A DNA stretch of 64,000 bases from Sarea resinae (lineage: Eukaryota): NCBI GenBank assembly GCA_026026165.1, contig JAPEUD010000010.1, positions 310,001 through 374,000 on the forward strand, given 5' to 3'. Below, in pieces: positions 25,597-39,899 of this stretch. The notes beneath the pieces were generated by a model. That model was not told the origin of the DNA. It ran no database searches and saw only the letters and a list, made by a program, of their open reading frames with translations. How positions within the stretch are numbered: position 1 is the first letter of the stretch; each line of letters begins with the position of its first letter. Position numbers and translations under genes: made by a program.

Positions 25597-25949
25597 GATG
25601 CGTTTGTTTTGTTTACGTAGCTTTGTATGGGGTCTTGTTTTCATGGGCGGGCGGGTTCCTTCTGTTATGGTTTATACATCCTGTATTCGGAGTCCAACGG
25701 GGCCCGGGACGGGCGGTTTCTTGTTCTCATATAGCGGCGCCCCAAAAATACACTTACAATATATATAATACATCCATCTATCCATCCAGGAAAGGAGGTT
25801 CTCTATCCACAGATGGAGATGGCACTGTCCAACAACAATCGAGTGTGTTTATTTCGTCCCCCTTTACTGCTTTCTGCTTTCATCATCTTGGCACCTGTAA
25901 ATAATATAATATATAAACATATACGTATATCAAAACCATCTCAACCAGC

Positions 25950-26014
25950 TATCCATCCATCCATCCATCCATCCATCCATTCATCCATCCATCCATTCAT
26001 CCATCCATCCATCC
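25950..26014. repeat. (CCAT)n imperfect tetranucleotide microsatellite
   Basis: Seen directly between the convergent CHS7 and GNAT 3' ends. Confidence 0.92.
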
Positions 26015-26386
26015 AAAAACCCAAGCAAACAGACCCCAACGATCACAAGATCCAATCATCCGATGACCCAATTATCCCAAGGGGCTCTCGAAGATGAAAG
26101 CGAAAGTCAAAGTAGCCGGTATACTCCGGAGTATATATATATATCGAATGGAGATTTCGATTCTATGCTATCCTATCCTATTCTGTTCTGTTCAGTTCTC
26201 TGTCCAGCTCGATTCAGTTCTGGTAGATTCTGTTATATTCTCATAATCTGGGCATATCTCCACCCCCCGTGTGTTCCATCCCCCGTCTGCTGTTTCCTGT
26301 TCCCCCCGTTTTCCGTCCCCCCCAAGCCCCCGGGGCGTTTGAGGGTTAAGTGGACTGGCTACCTAGGTAGGTAGGTAGGTAGGTAC

Positions 26387-28268
26387 CTAGTAGCTGGCGT
26401 CTTGGGTACTAGGTAGACGATAGGGAGCGGGAGCAGGAGCTGATACGGTTGAAGGTGCGGTTCTACGAGCAGGTGCCGCAGAGATGGTGGCGGTGGTGGT
26501 AGTGGTGGTGGAGGCGGGCGTTTTCGAGTCTTTCACATCTGCTTCTCCCGTCCCATCTCCTTTCATCCCATCTTCTCTTTCTTCCTCTAACCAATCTTTC
26601 GTCTTCGTCTTCATCTCCGTCTTCGGTGCCGATATCGACGTCGAAGTCGAAGTCGAAGTCGACGTATCAGCAGCCTCCAAGCTCACCGAGTCTAGGTCGG
26701 CGACGGCGGCGACGGCGGTGGTGGCCGCGGCAGGAGCTTTGGCTTCTTTCTTGCTTGCGGGCTGGGGGTCGCGGATCATGCAGAATAACTGCGGGGACAG
26801 TGCACGGTTAGTCCGGTTTAGGTGTGAGTTGGACTTAGAGTTACTGTTGGGGTGACTGTTGGGCTCAGGGATAGGGATGGGGGTCCAGTGAGTTTCTGCA
26901 TCGCGTTTCTTGAAGAGAGATAAGAGAGAGAGGGGGGGGGGGGGGGGGGGGGGGGAGGGGGAAGGGAAATGCAATTAGCAAGAAAAAAACGTACCTTGCA
27001 CGCCTCGCCGCCCTCCTCGAGCACCATCTCGCGCACCAGCCGGAAGCCCAGCCGTTCGTAGATGGCCACGTTCGGCACGTCGCGCGAGCTCTCGAGGTAG
27101 CACGGCAGGCCCTCGGCGTCGGCCTTTTCCGTCACCTTCTGGAACAGCCGTTTGCCGATGCCGCGGCCCTGCGCGCTCGGCAGCACCGTGACGATGTTGC
27201 AGAAGTAGTAGCCTGATGGGTTGGTCCAGATGGCGGATTGCAGGGTTGCTTGAGAGCTTTTCCAGAGGTAGTAGCGCTGGGTTTTGCAAAGGGGTCAGTT
27301 TGGGAAGAATGTGGGTGGTATCTCGGGGTTGGGGAGGGAGGGAGAGGGGGGTTCGGTGGAGGAAGGAACACATGGGAGAGGAAGGGAGCAGTGAGTAGTA
27401 AGGGAGAAGCGGAACAGGAAAAGAGAAATGTGAGATCCACTGCTTTTCCGTGGGTGGTGAGACGAACAAACTCAAAAAACCCAAAACAAGCCTATAGAGC
27501 AACCAACTCGACAGGACGAAAGAGTAGCCGCAAACACACAAACGCACAAACACACCTTGACATTCAATCCGCCCCTGCCATACCAGGCATTCATGCCGAC
27601 CTGCCTCGCCCACAGCCACCAGCCCTGCATCCACTCATCCCAAGACACGGGAGCGTCCAGCCGCCTCGGCGGCATCCACATGGCGGTACCGAGGACTTTT
27701 GACGGCGTCGACGAGGCCGGGTCCTTGGCGACGTAGAAGAGCGCATTGCGGATCCCCCATCTGCATCTGATGCCCAGGGAAGCGCGGTTGCGCGTGAGGT
27801 TGTACTATGGGATGGCTATTGCATTAGTCTGGCGGATTAGACTGTGAAGACGGTTAAAAGTGAAATTGGTTGAGACGCCGGAAACAGGGGTTCTGGTGGT
27901 AGTATCTACTCGGATTACATCCTTTGAGGAAGACAGCAATCCAACAACGGGACATATCCGTCTATCAATCACTCAACCACCGCCCGAGTCCCCCTTAAGA
28001 CTCAGACCAAGCACCTCAAACCAAACTCCCTCAACCAAACATGAAACACACCCGAGACGAACAATAAACATAAAACACCCGAGACAGACCAAACAAAAAC
28101 AAAACAAAGCAACAGCAACACCCCCTCCACTACTCCGCAGGGAAAACACACCTTGGACCGATCATTGAAGATCCACCGATTGTACGGATCATCCGCAAAG
28201 GCCAACTGAATAGTATCGATAGCCCCCGGGATATCCTCCTCGGTTAACGGCGTGACTTCTATTGGCAT
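26387..28268 (-). CDS. GNAT-family N-acetyltransferase with a low-complexity C-terminal tail, ~349 aa
   Basis: Exons 28268-28152, 27804-27556, 27276-26995, 26788-26387 (all phase 0). Acetyl-CoA motif VTVLPSAQGRGIGK, plus CYLESS and NVAIYERLGF; N-terminus has LAFADDPY. Confidence 0.9.
26932..26955. repeat. G24 homopolymer (C24 on the sense strand) inside GNAT intron 3
   Basis: Seen directly. Confidence 0.9.
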
Positions 28269-29416
28269 CTTTTCTTTTCTTCTCTTTTTCCTTTTCCTTT
28301 CCTTTTTTTCCTTTCGTTTGTTCCCCTTTCCTCTTCCCTCTTTCTCTGTTCGACCCTCAATTCTTCCCTCTCTTTTCTATACTGCCTCACTTCTATAACT
28401 CCCTCTGTCTCTTCTAAATCCCCTCTCCTCTTTTGCCTTCTTTTCTCTGTTCCCTCTACAGATTCTTCCTCTCACAGAATCGCAGCCCCACTTAGACAAC
28501 GTCTCAGAGACAGGTAGACAGACAGGCAAGCATTGGTGTACCCAATCCAGTACTACGTAGGTGGGTAGGTAGGGGGATATAGGCCAGGCTGAGTAAACGG
28601 GGAAAATATTATCAATTATGTGAAGACGGTGAGTAGAGCACGAAGTAGGTAGGCAAGGTAGTCAGGAAGATAGACAGAGATGTATTGGATGCAACCCTAT
28701 CGTTATCGGTTGACGTGGTGGCAGTGGTGGTGGTGGATCCCCCAAGCCTTATCGGAAACGGGACTAGGCACCTTGGAAAAATGATCGCGTGTGTGCGACA
28801 ATCGTGCGACACACGCAGCAGGTAGAGCAGAGGCGGTCAACAATGCCCAAAGACCGCAGACATCGACTTCGATTCCTGTCACTCTAGAGAGAGATATTCT
28901 CGTGCACACATTGGAAGCGGAGATTGGACGAAAAGTAATGGAAAGATTGATGCTGTTCGAGCCTCTTCTTTCTTTCCTTTTGACTATATACAACGACTAT
29001 CCGCAATACTATCTTCTTCGCCTTCTATCGAGCGAAACGCCCGCGAAAGACCAGAACCAGAAAAGCACTATTTTGATGACAATAGAATAAGACGAACGCT
29101 AAATGCAGTGCATGACCTCGGAGTTCAATCAATTTCTCGCCGCCCACCCGCCCACCTAACCGGTCGCTTGCACGCCTGTCCATGCATGACGATAAAAGAA
29201 AAGGAAATGCCAAGGTGGAAAGGAACGAGTGCTTGCCCATCGCTGTACAAGGGCATGGTGATGGATGATGAGAGGCTTTGCGTCGAAAGATCGATGAGAG
29301 ATCGGAGAGGGAAGGACGGTGTGATAGATGAGAGCTGTGGTAGATATGAAATCGAAATGAACGGATAGTGGTATCTTGATAAGACCAAAAGCAATTGCAC
29401 CGACGATAAGAAAGAT

Positions 29417-31977
29417 TCAAGTAGCTGTATGCCCAATGGGCACCCACGTCCTCCTTTCATCCATACTCCTATTCACTCTTCCTCCGGGCGTCAACGGCAG
29501 ATTGACTCTTCCTCGTCTTGCGGTCCTTGGCGAAGCATCGCCGTCACCATCACTTCCGTCGTCTTCGTCGCCGACGTTCTCATCCGCCAACCGTGCGAAA
29601 TAATCTGCCAGCCCTTGCCCTTCTCCTACAATACTGTCGTACTGTGGTGGCGGGGTGACAAGTGGAGGAGGGGGATCCTCGGAGTCGAATGCAGGTGGGT
29701 TGAAGCTCGGGTTCCGGATCATATGCATAGGACGTTGGACGCCTCCTGTGCCGCTGGGATCGGAAAGGTGGGCTGGCTGTGGGCGGGCGAGGCCAGGTGA
29801 GGCGCGCGATTGGTCGACGCTGTTTCGACCGTCGCTGAGATGCTGAATAGCGGTAACGTACGGATTTGACGCGCGGCGGCGAGCGGCGCCGGGACAGCCG
29901 CAGACGTGGGTGTCTGCTGTAGGGTGGGCTGCCTGGGGAGAAGTGTAGGCGGGAAGGGAAGTGTTGGCTTGGGTCGCACGGCACGAGAGGATGTGGAAAG
30001 GGGAGTCGATGGAAATTTCAAAGTGGCGACGCTTTGACGAGTCGTTGGGGTCGGGTTTTGAGAGGCGCATCACGATCTGAACGCCCAGTCAGCAAAAGAA
30101 ACAGATTAGTTTCCAGATGGAGGGGCCTACCTTGATCCAATGGTGGACTTGGATGTTCTGGAAAGTCGTATCCCAATGCAATTTCTGGCCCTTGTCTTTG
30201 TCCTTGACATCGGAACAGCTTGGTAGTTGAACGTTGAACTCCATTTCCGTAGGTCCAACGTTGTACTCGCCATCGAGATTTCCCAGCAGATTCGTGCAAC
30301 CAGGATTTATGTATTCTTCTCCTCTTGCCGCGGACTCCCGACTATCATAATCCACACCACCTCCCGCCGTTATCCTGATGCTACTCCCGGGATAAGTACT
30401 GGTGCTGGGCCCATCTGCCCTCTTCTCAAATAACAGAACTTTTCTTGTCGGCTCCATCCTATGCACGCGCTTGTTGTGGCAAAAGTATTCGATGTTCTCC
30501 GTGACAAACACCTTGATGCGATGGCATTGCACCTTCGCCAAAGGTGTAAGCTTGAACGCGATTGGTATTTGAGTTCCCAGTGGGAACGATTTGCCCGATA
30601 TCACGATATCGTAATGTAGTTGATCCTCCCAATTTCTGCTGATGGCTATTGGCTCGACCTGCTCAAGTGAGCTTTCCGACGGTGCACGGATAAGCGTAAC
30701 CTCTTTCGTTCCTATCAGATTCGCTCTGAAAGCGCCTGAGCGTTCCACGAGGGCCTCCAGCTCGTATTTGACGGTACCCAGTTCGACATTGATGGTTTCC
30801 GGTAGTCTACTGTCGAGTGGTAATTCGAAGTTGTAGATGTAGTCGCCAGGATGGAACGTCCTATAACCTCGCTGCGCGACAGTAGGGCCACTAGGCGGCA
30901 AATCGTCCTTGCCGAAACTGCGGGAAGGATTAAGTTGAAGAGAGAGACGCTTGTGTTCGCGCCCGCTGAGGCCTGAGATTGGCGATGCGCTCCGAGCAAA
31001 CTGATCGAAAGCTGAGCCGATACTCGATACACCGATGCTGGTGGTTGAGGTAGTTGGACCCTTGAGAGCATGCATGACGTCGGCACAATGGCCAGCTTCT
31101 GCAGTAGGGAACTGAGCATTGAAAAAAGGCCAAGTATGATTCATGATAGTTTCGACCTCCTCAAAATCTACCTTTCTGGGGGGGATTCCTAGGCAATGGT
31201 CAGTCGCGCCCGATAAGCTCGCCTGGATGATTTACCTTCCGGCCATTTCGTGATCGCCTTTCCCCGGAAATTGAGGGTGACTGCCTTGATCTTTGCAGTC
31301 TTTGCAACTCGGAGGTGTAGACTGCCTCTCAGCATAGCCGTCTTCCCACTGTGAACGTCGTTTTGCTCAAAGCCTTGAAGGAAGAGAACAGGCTCCGCTA
31401 GAGATATCGAGACCGCTATTCCATTGCCCGAAGCAATCGGCTTCTCGGACGCAATCTGAGGGGCCACGCTCGCAATATCCGAGCTCGTGCTGGTCGATCG
31501 CTCCGAAGCCGTTCGCACGCTCTCCGCCAGGGCCGGTCGAGAGACCATGCCACTGATAGGACCTCCAACGATCGAGTTTCGTGCTGCCGGCCGAGCCATG
31601 TCGGGTGGAGGAGCCTCGGTTGGAGGAGCCTCGGCAGACTCCTCTTCTTCCGTCGGTGGCAGTGAGATGACCGAGGGTCTACGCGTCGGACTATTCGATC
31701 TCGTCGAGCTGTTCGACGGCAGGTATGTGAAGGACCTCAGAAAGCGCTTCACGTTGTCCCGTGAGCCCGCCAGCTTTCTGAAATGTGGTCTGTACGAGGC
31801 GGGTCTGCCTTTGCTTAAGCCGTTGTCGCCGTAGATTCGAGTGACGTGAATGGAATGAGGACGTCGTCTGCGCGCTTGGAAGAGACAAGGAGGGACGTCT
31901 GCGCGGTGACGGGCAAGGCTCTCGGGGATGTAGTATAGTTGTCCCCGTTCCGTATAAACACGAATGTAGTCTGTCAT
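29417..31977 (-). CDS. Alpha-arrestin, Rsp5/HulA ubiquitin-ligase adaptor (Aly1/Aly2-like), ~819 aa
   Basis: Exons 31977-31236, 31188-30131, 30076-29417. Arrestin-N (LAEPVLFLQG, MLRGSLHL, WPEGIPP, PGDYIYNFELP), arrestin-C (IAISRNWEDQLHYDIVISGK, HFEISIDSPFHILSC), and PY motifs LPAY and PPQY. The start is uncertain (alternative ATG near 31599). Confidence 0.9.
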
Positions 31978-34900
31978 TTTCGAACCGATGAGCACGACGA
32001 CACGATGGAGTCAAGAGGGGCCAGCCTCAATGACATGAAGATGCAAAGCAAAGCAATGCGACGCAACGTAACGCCGTCAATCTCTATTTGAAAGAGAAAG
32101 GAAACAGAGGTATCATGGTGGTGTTTGAGTGCAGTGGCGGGCTTGTGACCGAGTCATGAGTGTGGAAGTGGGCGAAGACAGGATGATGGCAATCAAGCGC
32201 AAAAGAGGTCACTCGCCGATCATCAAGTATGACAAGAGATCAGGTTCGAGCCAGGAAGGATAGGCGAGTGACATGCATGTGTAGGGACAGAAGAGAAGAA
32301 GAAAAACTCACGTTCAGACGAGGAGATTGGGATCGTCGTCAAAAGATACGAAGCAAGTAAAACGAAGATCCGCTCGGCAGTCGGATGGTGTGTGTCAGGT
32401 AGGGAAGGTAAGGTAAGGGTCGGCCAGGTAGGTCAGTCAGTCAGGTCGGCCAGGTCAGGCAAGGTATGTGGTTGTGTGTGAGGGTGAGGGTGAGGGTGAG
32501 GGTGGGCGGGTGTGGGTGTGAGTGTTCGGTGGCGCTATGTAAAACCCCGTAAGGTAGGAATAGTAAAGTAGGTAAGGTAGTGATGACGAGCGAGAATGAG
32601 GCAACTTAGATCCGAAGCCAGGAGGAAGAGGATCAGGATCAGGATCAGGATCAGATCCGTCAAGTACGGTAGTGCGTCGTCGAGTAGCACTCCGTCAGGC
32701 CCGGCAGCCAGCGCACGCCGAGGACCAAGTCACTCTCTTAGGCCTTGCGGCGCTTCTCCGTCGTCGGCGGGGATTCTTCTGATTCGCCAATCAATGATAA
32801 GGGAGCAGGTGAGGGCGCGATCATGTACTCGAAGTAATATCAGAGACTAGAGTACTCATCGCACTCCGGGGTCGAGGATCTTGGGGGGATTTGCTTCTGG
32901 GGGCTTCGGGCATAAATAAAGTAATGTAGCCTGATGGGAAGCCGGTAAGGTTGGTAGATACGGAGTAGTCTGAAGTAGAGAGGAGCGAAAAGTGGTGATG
33001 GATGTCCGCTCGGCTCTTTTTCTTCGAGGTCGTCTTTATCATTCGTCGTCGTCCTTGTCCTCGGCGTCTTCTTCTTCTTCTTCGTCTTCGTCTTCGTTCT
33101 ACTCCGGAGTAGTAGGCGACTGGAAGAGTTTTTGTTCTCGTGAATACGACAGGAAGCCGGAAATACGGGAAGTGGCGGCACGGGAAGCCGAAAAGACTCC
33201 CTGGCACTTATCCGCGCATTGCGAACCGTCTACTGGCGTCCTCTGGGAAGGATGAGGATGGGCGTGCGGCTGCAAGATGATACGGGTCAGATCATGTATG
33301 TCTCCAAACCTCCAATCCATCACCCACAACGGTCCAATAGGTCATCATGATGGATGGGACACAGTCATGATGCTTCTGGGCTCTGGGTCTCGAATTCCAT
33401 TTCCCATGGGCCATGAACTTAGTATGACGCGCGGTGCATACAGCGTAGGTATTACAGTACTATTACACAGTAGCTACTTAGGTAGGGACGGGACCTCTCG
33501 CTCCACGGAGTGCCACGGGCTCAGCACGGAAGCATTTCCTCTCAGACAGCTGGAGAGTACTCCGTACATACTACGTAGTAGTCGAGGATGGATGCGACGG
33601 GGATATTTGATCGGATGACGAAAGTCGACGACAGTCTCCTCCCACTACTCCGAGTAGAGCTAGGGTGACGACCTTACTGCACGATCAAGTGCAAATGCAT
33701 GGATATCCCGTAGCCGAGTCGGATGTGGCTTGCGGTCATAGGTAGGTAAGGTAGGTAAGGCAAGCTCTGAATCTCACTCAGCGCATCTCGGTGAGCAGTA
33801 GGTAGTACTATGTAAGTAGGTACCTTGGATACCTACCTGAGGTAGGTATGTTGCGACGATAATCTACCTAGGTACCTAGCAGGTAGAATCAATAACAGCA
33901 GCTTCATAAGTACTCGGAGTAAAAGATGGTGTTATCACAATTCGTGCCAGTGCGAGGCTGCGAATCATGGACATCTCTGATCTGGATCCATGAAGCCCGG
34001 GCGGTCAACGCAACGTCCCATCCATATGCATCATGACTGAGTCCAGGGTACGAACGTATGAGGTAGAGTGGAAGGCAAGACAGAGCTCACAAAAATACCA
34101 GACAGTACATCGAACGGCTGGTACAGAGTACGCGCAAGCATGCGATCACCTTCTCCAGTTAGTGCGACTTTCTCCAGTTCTCTTAGTGCCTCGACCTGGT
34201 GCCGAGCTGTGCTGGTGGTGATGGACGCATGGACGCCGGTGGAGAACGAGGACGCTCTGCAAGTCCTTATGGCGCCTTCCTGAAACGGCTGCAACCTTCT
34301 GAATCAGTCAACGTCCCAATCAGATACAGGCAGTGGCCTGCATATATCCGACTTCAGTCCACGAGAGCCCTAAACGTAGCGCATTGACCATCAAATCAAT
34401 TTGACGATTCGAAATATAATACGCTAATCACACTCTGCGACCGCAATCTGTCAGAAGCGGGGTGACGGAAAGCCAAATGGAGCCAAATGGAGGAGGGGCA
34501 GCAGCATGTAAGCAGTGGGCTGAGCTGCCCAGGCAGTCCGTTCGATGCGATTCCGCTCGACGAGGCTACTCGAAGTAGATCTCGACCCCAAGTTCGGTTA
34601 CTGCCCTGCCGCTTTTTGCCCAGCCGGCGGCTGATGTTCAAAAGAGCAGGTCCTGTATGAGTAACCCCAGCTAAGCCACGGCCAACAACAAGAGCCTGCC
34701 TCGAATGAGAAGGGATCGCAACGTCGATCGACGCGCACATCACGCGTTTGGCAGTTTGAACATTGCGATAGAGTGCGGAATGCCCTGGACGAGCAAGGCT
34801 GGTTGCTATCATGCAATCGGCTGGCTGGGGGCCCAACGTAGTCCGGACACAACACCGCACAGGCATCTTGTCCGGCGAACGAATGGAAAGGCCAGGGCAT

Positions 34901-36071
34901 ATTATGTTTGTAGATTACCCCATATTATTACTTCCCCTACTGTCGGGGGGCCGGAAGCTGCGGCGAATGCCATATCACGGGTCCTTGACGGTCCATTAGT
35001 GGACCTTGTTCGTCATTCTCTGGCAAAGAGAAGATGCATCCATATCTTCCAGCTCATCCGAAAAGCTGACGACGACGGGCGAGAAATGCTGAATTCCATC
35101 GTCTCGATGGGCCTTTCGTACCTGCGACATGACAGGTACCGAAATATGTGATGTGGATGCCACGCCGAATATGGTGATGGTGGCGCGACCAAGCTTCTTG
35201 GACATGGGCTTGCTGCATCCATGGAACTTGCCTCCGTTGGCTTGAAGACGTTGTGGTGGTGAGAGACCAATCATAATGGCACATCCTACTCCGTAGTACT
35301 ACTATGAGTATGTAGAGGTTCAGTCCTGGGCTCCCATGTACCCCGGAGAAAAAAGACGATTCATGAAAACCTCTTTAGGGAGACAGCAAACGGTCCCAGC
35401 CAGCTTCCGGCGGTCCCGGCACTTGAGTCGTGGCGATAAGGAGAAGTGCTCTCGGATTGGATAAGGTAGTTCCTTACCTGAATCGCTTTAGTGCGCCGAG
35501 GAGCTCGTCTCAAGGCGGTGAGCGCGCTCAATTCGAGAAAGCGAACAACGGAATGACGAAACGGACCTTGGGTAAGGTACCTTATCGTTCAGGTTGTGCT
35601 CCTCCGCAACGTAGCACCCGATTCAATATCCATATCCTTTCAAAAGGCACAACTGAAGAGACCTACCTAGATTGGCACTTCTGATCCACGCCTTCATATT
35701 CTGCGCAAGAATGATCATACTCTAACCCTCTCGCCGACTCTTACAAAGAAGCGTGACGAAAGCAGCATTTGACTGGTTGGCCAATGTTGACGGAATGGAT
35801 TTTACCGCATGATTGCCTGATGCGATGTTTACGCGGTAGGGGCGGGTCTTGGTCTCATCCATAGCTGCCGATGCCGGCGGATAGCCTCATGGCCACTTTC
35901 GGTTCTCCGGGGCGGTCTGCAGCAACCAGACGTTGGAATTGCAAACAAAGCAAACGGATGTTGAAAATGCATGCTTTGCTTCCGTGGGATGCCGTATGTG
36001 TAATTACGGTAGCCGGTGAGCAACGGCCGAGCGACCAACCTGAATCTGAAAAAGGTCACGTGCGAGCGAGG

Positions 36072-36088
36072 CGCGTGTCCGCGCGCGT
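36072..36088. promoter_or_regulatory. Two MCB-core (ACGCG/CGCGT) elements upstream of the replication-checkpoint gene
   Basis: CGCGT at 36072-36076 and 36084-36088, about 110-130 bp before ATG 36199. The motif is short and its function is inferred. Confidence 0.3.
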
Positions 36089-36198
36089 TCAACGTGTGCC
36101 GTGTGCGAAGGGACTTGCCGTATGGCTATGGACGACCATTGACCACGAAATGCTTCTCTTTGATGTTTGATATCTGATATGCAATCCCCCAACTCGAG

Positions 36199-39100
36199 AT
36201 GGCTGATGAAGATGGAGATACGTGTATGCGAATAGCCTCCTTGAATCTCAACTCGACCAAAATGCTTATTTCCTCTAGACAAAGCTCAGAAACCCCTGTT
36301 GGGTGTCGTCTTATGTTGCACGGCAATCCCCCCAGAGAGACGAGTAAGTGGCAGCTATAGGGCTTCTCGATCCGGAAGGCACCCGCTGATATGACGCCGC
36401 GAGCTTTCCAGACCCATCTTGCCGATGTCGTGGCTCAGATGGGAGCTGTTCACAAATTAGATCTGACATCTGATGTAACGCACCTCATCGTCGGCGACTC
36501 GAATACTCCCAAATATAAATATGTCGCCAAGGAGCGGCCGGACATGAAAGTCTTGGCTCCTGATTGGGTGGAAGCGGTTCGCCAGTCATGGATGCAAGGC
36601 GACGATACCGATGTGCAAGCTCTCGAGGATGAATATCGCCTCCCCACTCTGGCGGGGCTGAAAATATGTGTAACCGGGTTCGATAATCGTGGGTTTCCGT
36701 TGCGAATGGAGATTAGACCAGATATTGACAACTGCTATGCTGTAGTCGAGGAGAGACAGGCACTTCAAGAAGCGATCTCTGGAAATGGTGCAAGCTACCA
36801 TGGCGACCTCACGAAAGATGTCACCCACTTGATCGCTGTCAGTGCCAGTGGGAGGAAATATCAATATGGTACCGAATGGGGGGTTCGTATAGTCACTCTA
36901 TCTTGGCTCAAAGATAGTCTGGAAAGAGGTATGATTCTGGACGAACCGCTGTATCATCCACTGTTGCCTGAAGAGGAAAGGGGGAAGAATGCTTGGGTGA
37001 AAAAGGCCTTCTCCAGCAGTACGCTACGGAAAAGAGCCCGGGAAGAAGACCGGACTACGGAAAGTCTCATCGGAGGCAAGAGGAAGCTGAGGAGGACAGC
37101 TAGTCTGAAGCTCGGAAGCCAGAATGAGGGTTTATGGAATGACATCATAGGTGGTGGCTTTGGCCTCGGAGAGGAGCTCATAAAACAAAGCTCCAGCAGA
37201 GAATGGAATGATAGCAGAGTTACTGCAGCTATTCTTCCTAAGAATGGGGAACGAGATCAGACACCCGACGTCAGCACAAGCATAGCGCCCACCAAAGCCC
37301 AGGGACAGGAGCCACTCAGTCTGGAATTAGCGCGAGATGGAATCCGCGGTGAGCATACCAACGGGGGACTCTTTCGGAACAAGTGTTTCTATCTTCATGG
37401 ATTTGAGGAGAAAAAGGTACGTCATGAAATCAAGAACAAGGCCATGATCTCACGAAAGGGGATTAATTGGGTTCACCGTCAGGCTTCTATAATACAAGAC
37501 CATCTCCTTTGCTACGAGGGCGAAGTCTTCTATTCGATATCACAGCTTTCGCAGTCTATCCAAGCGGAACCCGGCCGAGTAGGCTACCTTCTAGTGCCAC
37601 ATCACTTTAAGGGTCAGCTTCCGGCAACGAAACAGTCTAGCCCTCCGCTTCTGGTTGTTACAGAATGGTGGCTGGAAAGATGCCTGTTCAAGAAGCAATT
37701 GATGGACCCAGAGAATGACGCCTTGAGTACATTGTTTCGAGAATATCCTCTGGCCGGTGAGTCATGCACGACCATCTCTTGTACGAAGCTGACCATGTAG
37801 GCTTCGAAAACTTGGTTATATCGTCCACATCTTTCAGCGGCATTGACCTACTGCAAGTCTCCAAGGTCGTCAAGCTTTTAGGTAAATCAATAAGATCCTT
37901 TGTATATGTGCAGATTCTAACTATCGATAGGCGGGACATACGACGAGTATCTGACACCCGAAACCTCAGTTCTTGTGTGCAATTCTAGCGGCAACAGCAA
38001 GGAAAAGCTGAAGCATGCACTTGAGTGGAACGTAACGGCCGTCTCAGCAGATTGGCTCTGGGACTGCATCAGGAGCCGTCATATTCAAGACTTTGAGAGT
38101 TATCTTGTTGCCGGTGGCGGGCAGACTCCAAAGGCCTGGAGTGCACCTGTGGAACGGCCGAGGAAGTCCTCATTGAACTTGAAGTCGGGGCCTGGGGACG
38201 CTTTCAGCAGCCTGCCGGAGCCACGACAGCGGCCAAAAGAGAATGCTGCATCTCACCCAAAGAAGCCGTTCGGAGGAACATTAAAGCTGAAACCAGGTCA
38301 AAAAGTTCCGCCACTCGTGGTCCTAGACGAGACACCACCACCCGCCTCACCACCCGCCTCAGCCGACGGAAACGAGGCAGCTAGCGATTTCGATGCCCTC
38401 ACCGTCATTCAGCCATTGAACAAAAACGAGGCGGACAGCAATTCGCGTCCCCTCACCGACATTTCCCCCGATGTAAACTCTCAGAAACGCCCCTCAGCCT
38501 CCCCAACTGCCTCCAGATCGAAGCGCACTCCACAGCCCGATGATAGTATACCCACGTCAAACCCGGTCCCAAACCACCCTCCGCAATCAGATCCCAAAAG
38601 ACCTCCGGAACCCGTCCAAGAAGATCTCTCCACAACCATTGCGGCTCTACTCGCCCACAAGCAGGCATCCGCGGCCCAGTCCCGCGCGGCCGCCTCCTCC
38701 AACTCCGCAGACACCCGCCGTAAGCGACGGCTCCTGGGTCGCGCCCCTTCCAACCTGTCCACCACCTCGCGGTCCTTTTCCCGAGCCAGCTCCGCCGACA
38801 CGGCTGCCAGTGCCGAACTGAGCGGCCATCACCCTCAAGCCCATCTGCTGCAATCGAACCTGAACTCGAATATGAGTTTCCACACCGACGACCCCGAAGA
38901 CGACGACATGCGTCGGAAGAGGGAGGAAGATGAGCAGCTCGATTATATGCCTTCGCAGGCGGTGCTGTACGAGGACCCGGAAGTGCAAAAGGAGCGCGAT
39001 CGCATGCTCGAGAAGATGGGTGGTGGTGTTGTGCACCCGGTTGACAACACCGAGGACGATGTCGCCGGTGATGGTAATGCATCCAAGGGGTCTCGGCGAC

Positions 39101-39252
39101 GCAGGATTGCGCATAAGATCAAAGGCGTCGTCGGCGTCGTGCGGGACGTGCGAGCAGAGAATAACATGTCCGGCAGCGCTGGCTCTTCTACCAACGCAGC
39201 TGGTGGCGGCGGCGGAAGAGTTACGCGCGCCAGGAGGGTGCCTGGCTTCTAG
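36199..39252 (+). CDS. DPB11: Multi-BRCT replication initiation/checkpoint scaffold (Dpb11/Rad4-Cut5/TopBP1 family)
   Basis: Seven exons: 36199-36223, 36279-36343, 36412-36688, 36746-37416, 37483-37756, 37801-37881, 37931-39252. Four BRCT-like repeats (PLLGVVLCCT..DLTSDVTHLIV..TPKY; LAGLKICVTGF..GDLTKDVTHLI..WLKDSLERG; VTEWWLERCL; LGGTYDEYL..VSADWLWDCI). Confidence 0.88.
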
Positions 39253-39899
39253 GTTTGACATCCATCAATGCCGCATAGACCTGAACGGCGCATTACAACA
39301 TAGCACAGACCTTATCAGGCCAGGCCGGAGTGTGTTTCTCTTTTCTTTTCCCTTTCATCTCATCTTCTCTGGTTTCGGACCGTGTTTTTCCTTGGCCCCA
39401 TTGGCATTATAGCAGCAGCAGCATCACAAGGCGTTTTCTCCCCCCCATTATCCTCCTCGTTGGCGTTTGTTTCCTCACGACCGACTACTGCTACTACTCC
39501 TACTTCTACTTTTACTACGATAACGAACGGAGTACGGATACAGGTATAGGGATAGGGATAGGATATAGAACAGAGAACAGAACAGAGAACACGGCATTCT
39601 ATAACAATAATCTAACAATCTCACAATCTACCAAACCATTCGCATCATAATCGTCATCTTAGTTGCTGTGCCTTGTAAGAAACAGTCAGGCAATGAAGGT
39701 CGACGAAGGGGAAACGGGGAATAAAAGGAAGAGAGAGGAAGAAAAAAGATGGGGTGATAGTTGCTACAACGTATTAGATGATAAATACTACTACACTTAC
39801 TCTACTCTACTCTACAGTACACTAACCCACCTTGCCCTACCTTGCATTGCGTTGCGTTGCGTTTTCTTGTATTGCACAGCCTATGACCTATAACCTACT

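Noticed and set aside
24507..25904. 465-aa ORF in the track overlapping CHS7
   Set aside because: It reads through the 73-nt intron into a shifted frame that lacks stops because of extreme GC3. The spliced frame gives canonical Chs7.
32200..32260. GGTTCGA T-loop-like motifs (also near 5852, 10111 and 40711)
   Set aside because: No cloverleaf stems or A-box could be built, and one lies inside a CDS.
34031..35284. Several 70-155 aa ORFs, including a CSNCQT (GATA-like half finger) and an MCHYDW start
   Set aside because: There is no second CxxC, no coherent splice model and no family recognised. BLASTx would be needed to exclude a decayed gene.
38453..39261. Long antisense or alternate-frame ORFs over DPB11 (similar ones over HEM3, FZO1, TUL1 and the hydrolase)
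   Set aside because: These are shadows of GC-rich coding sequence with no protein motifs.
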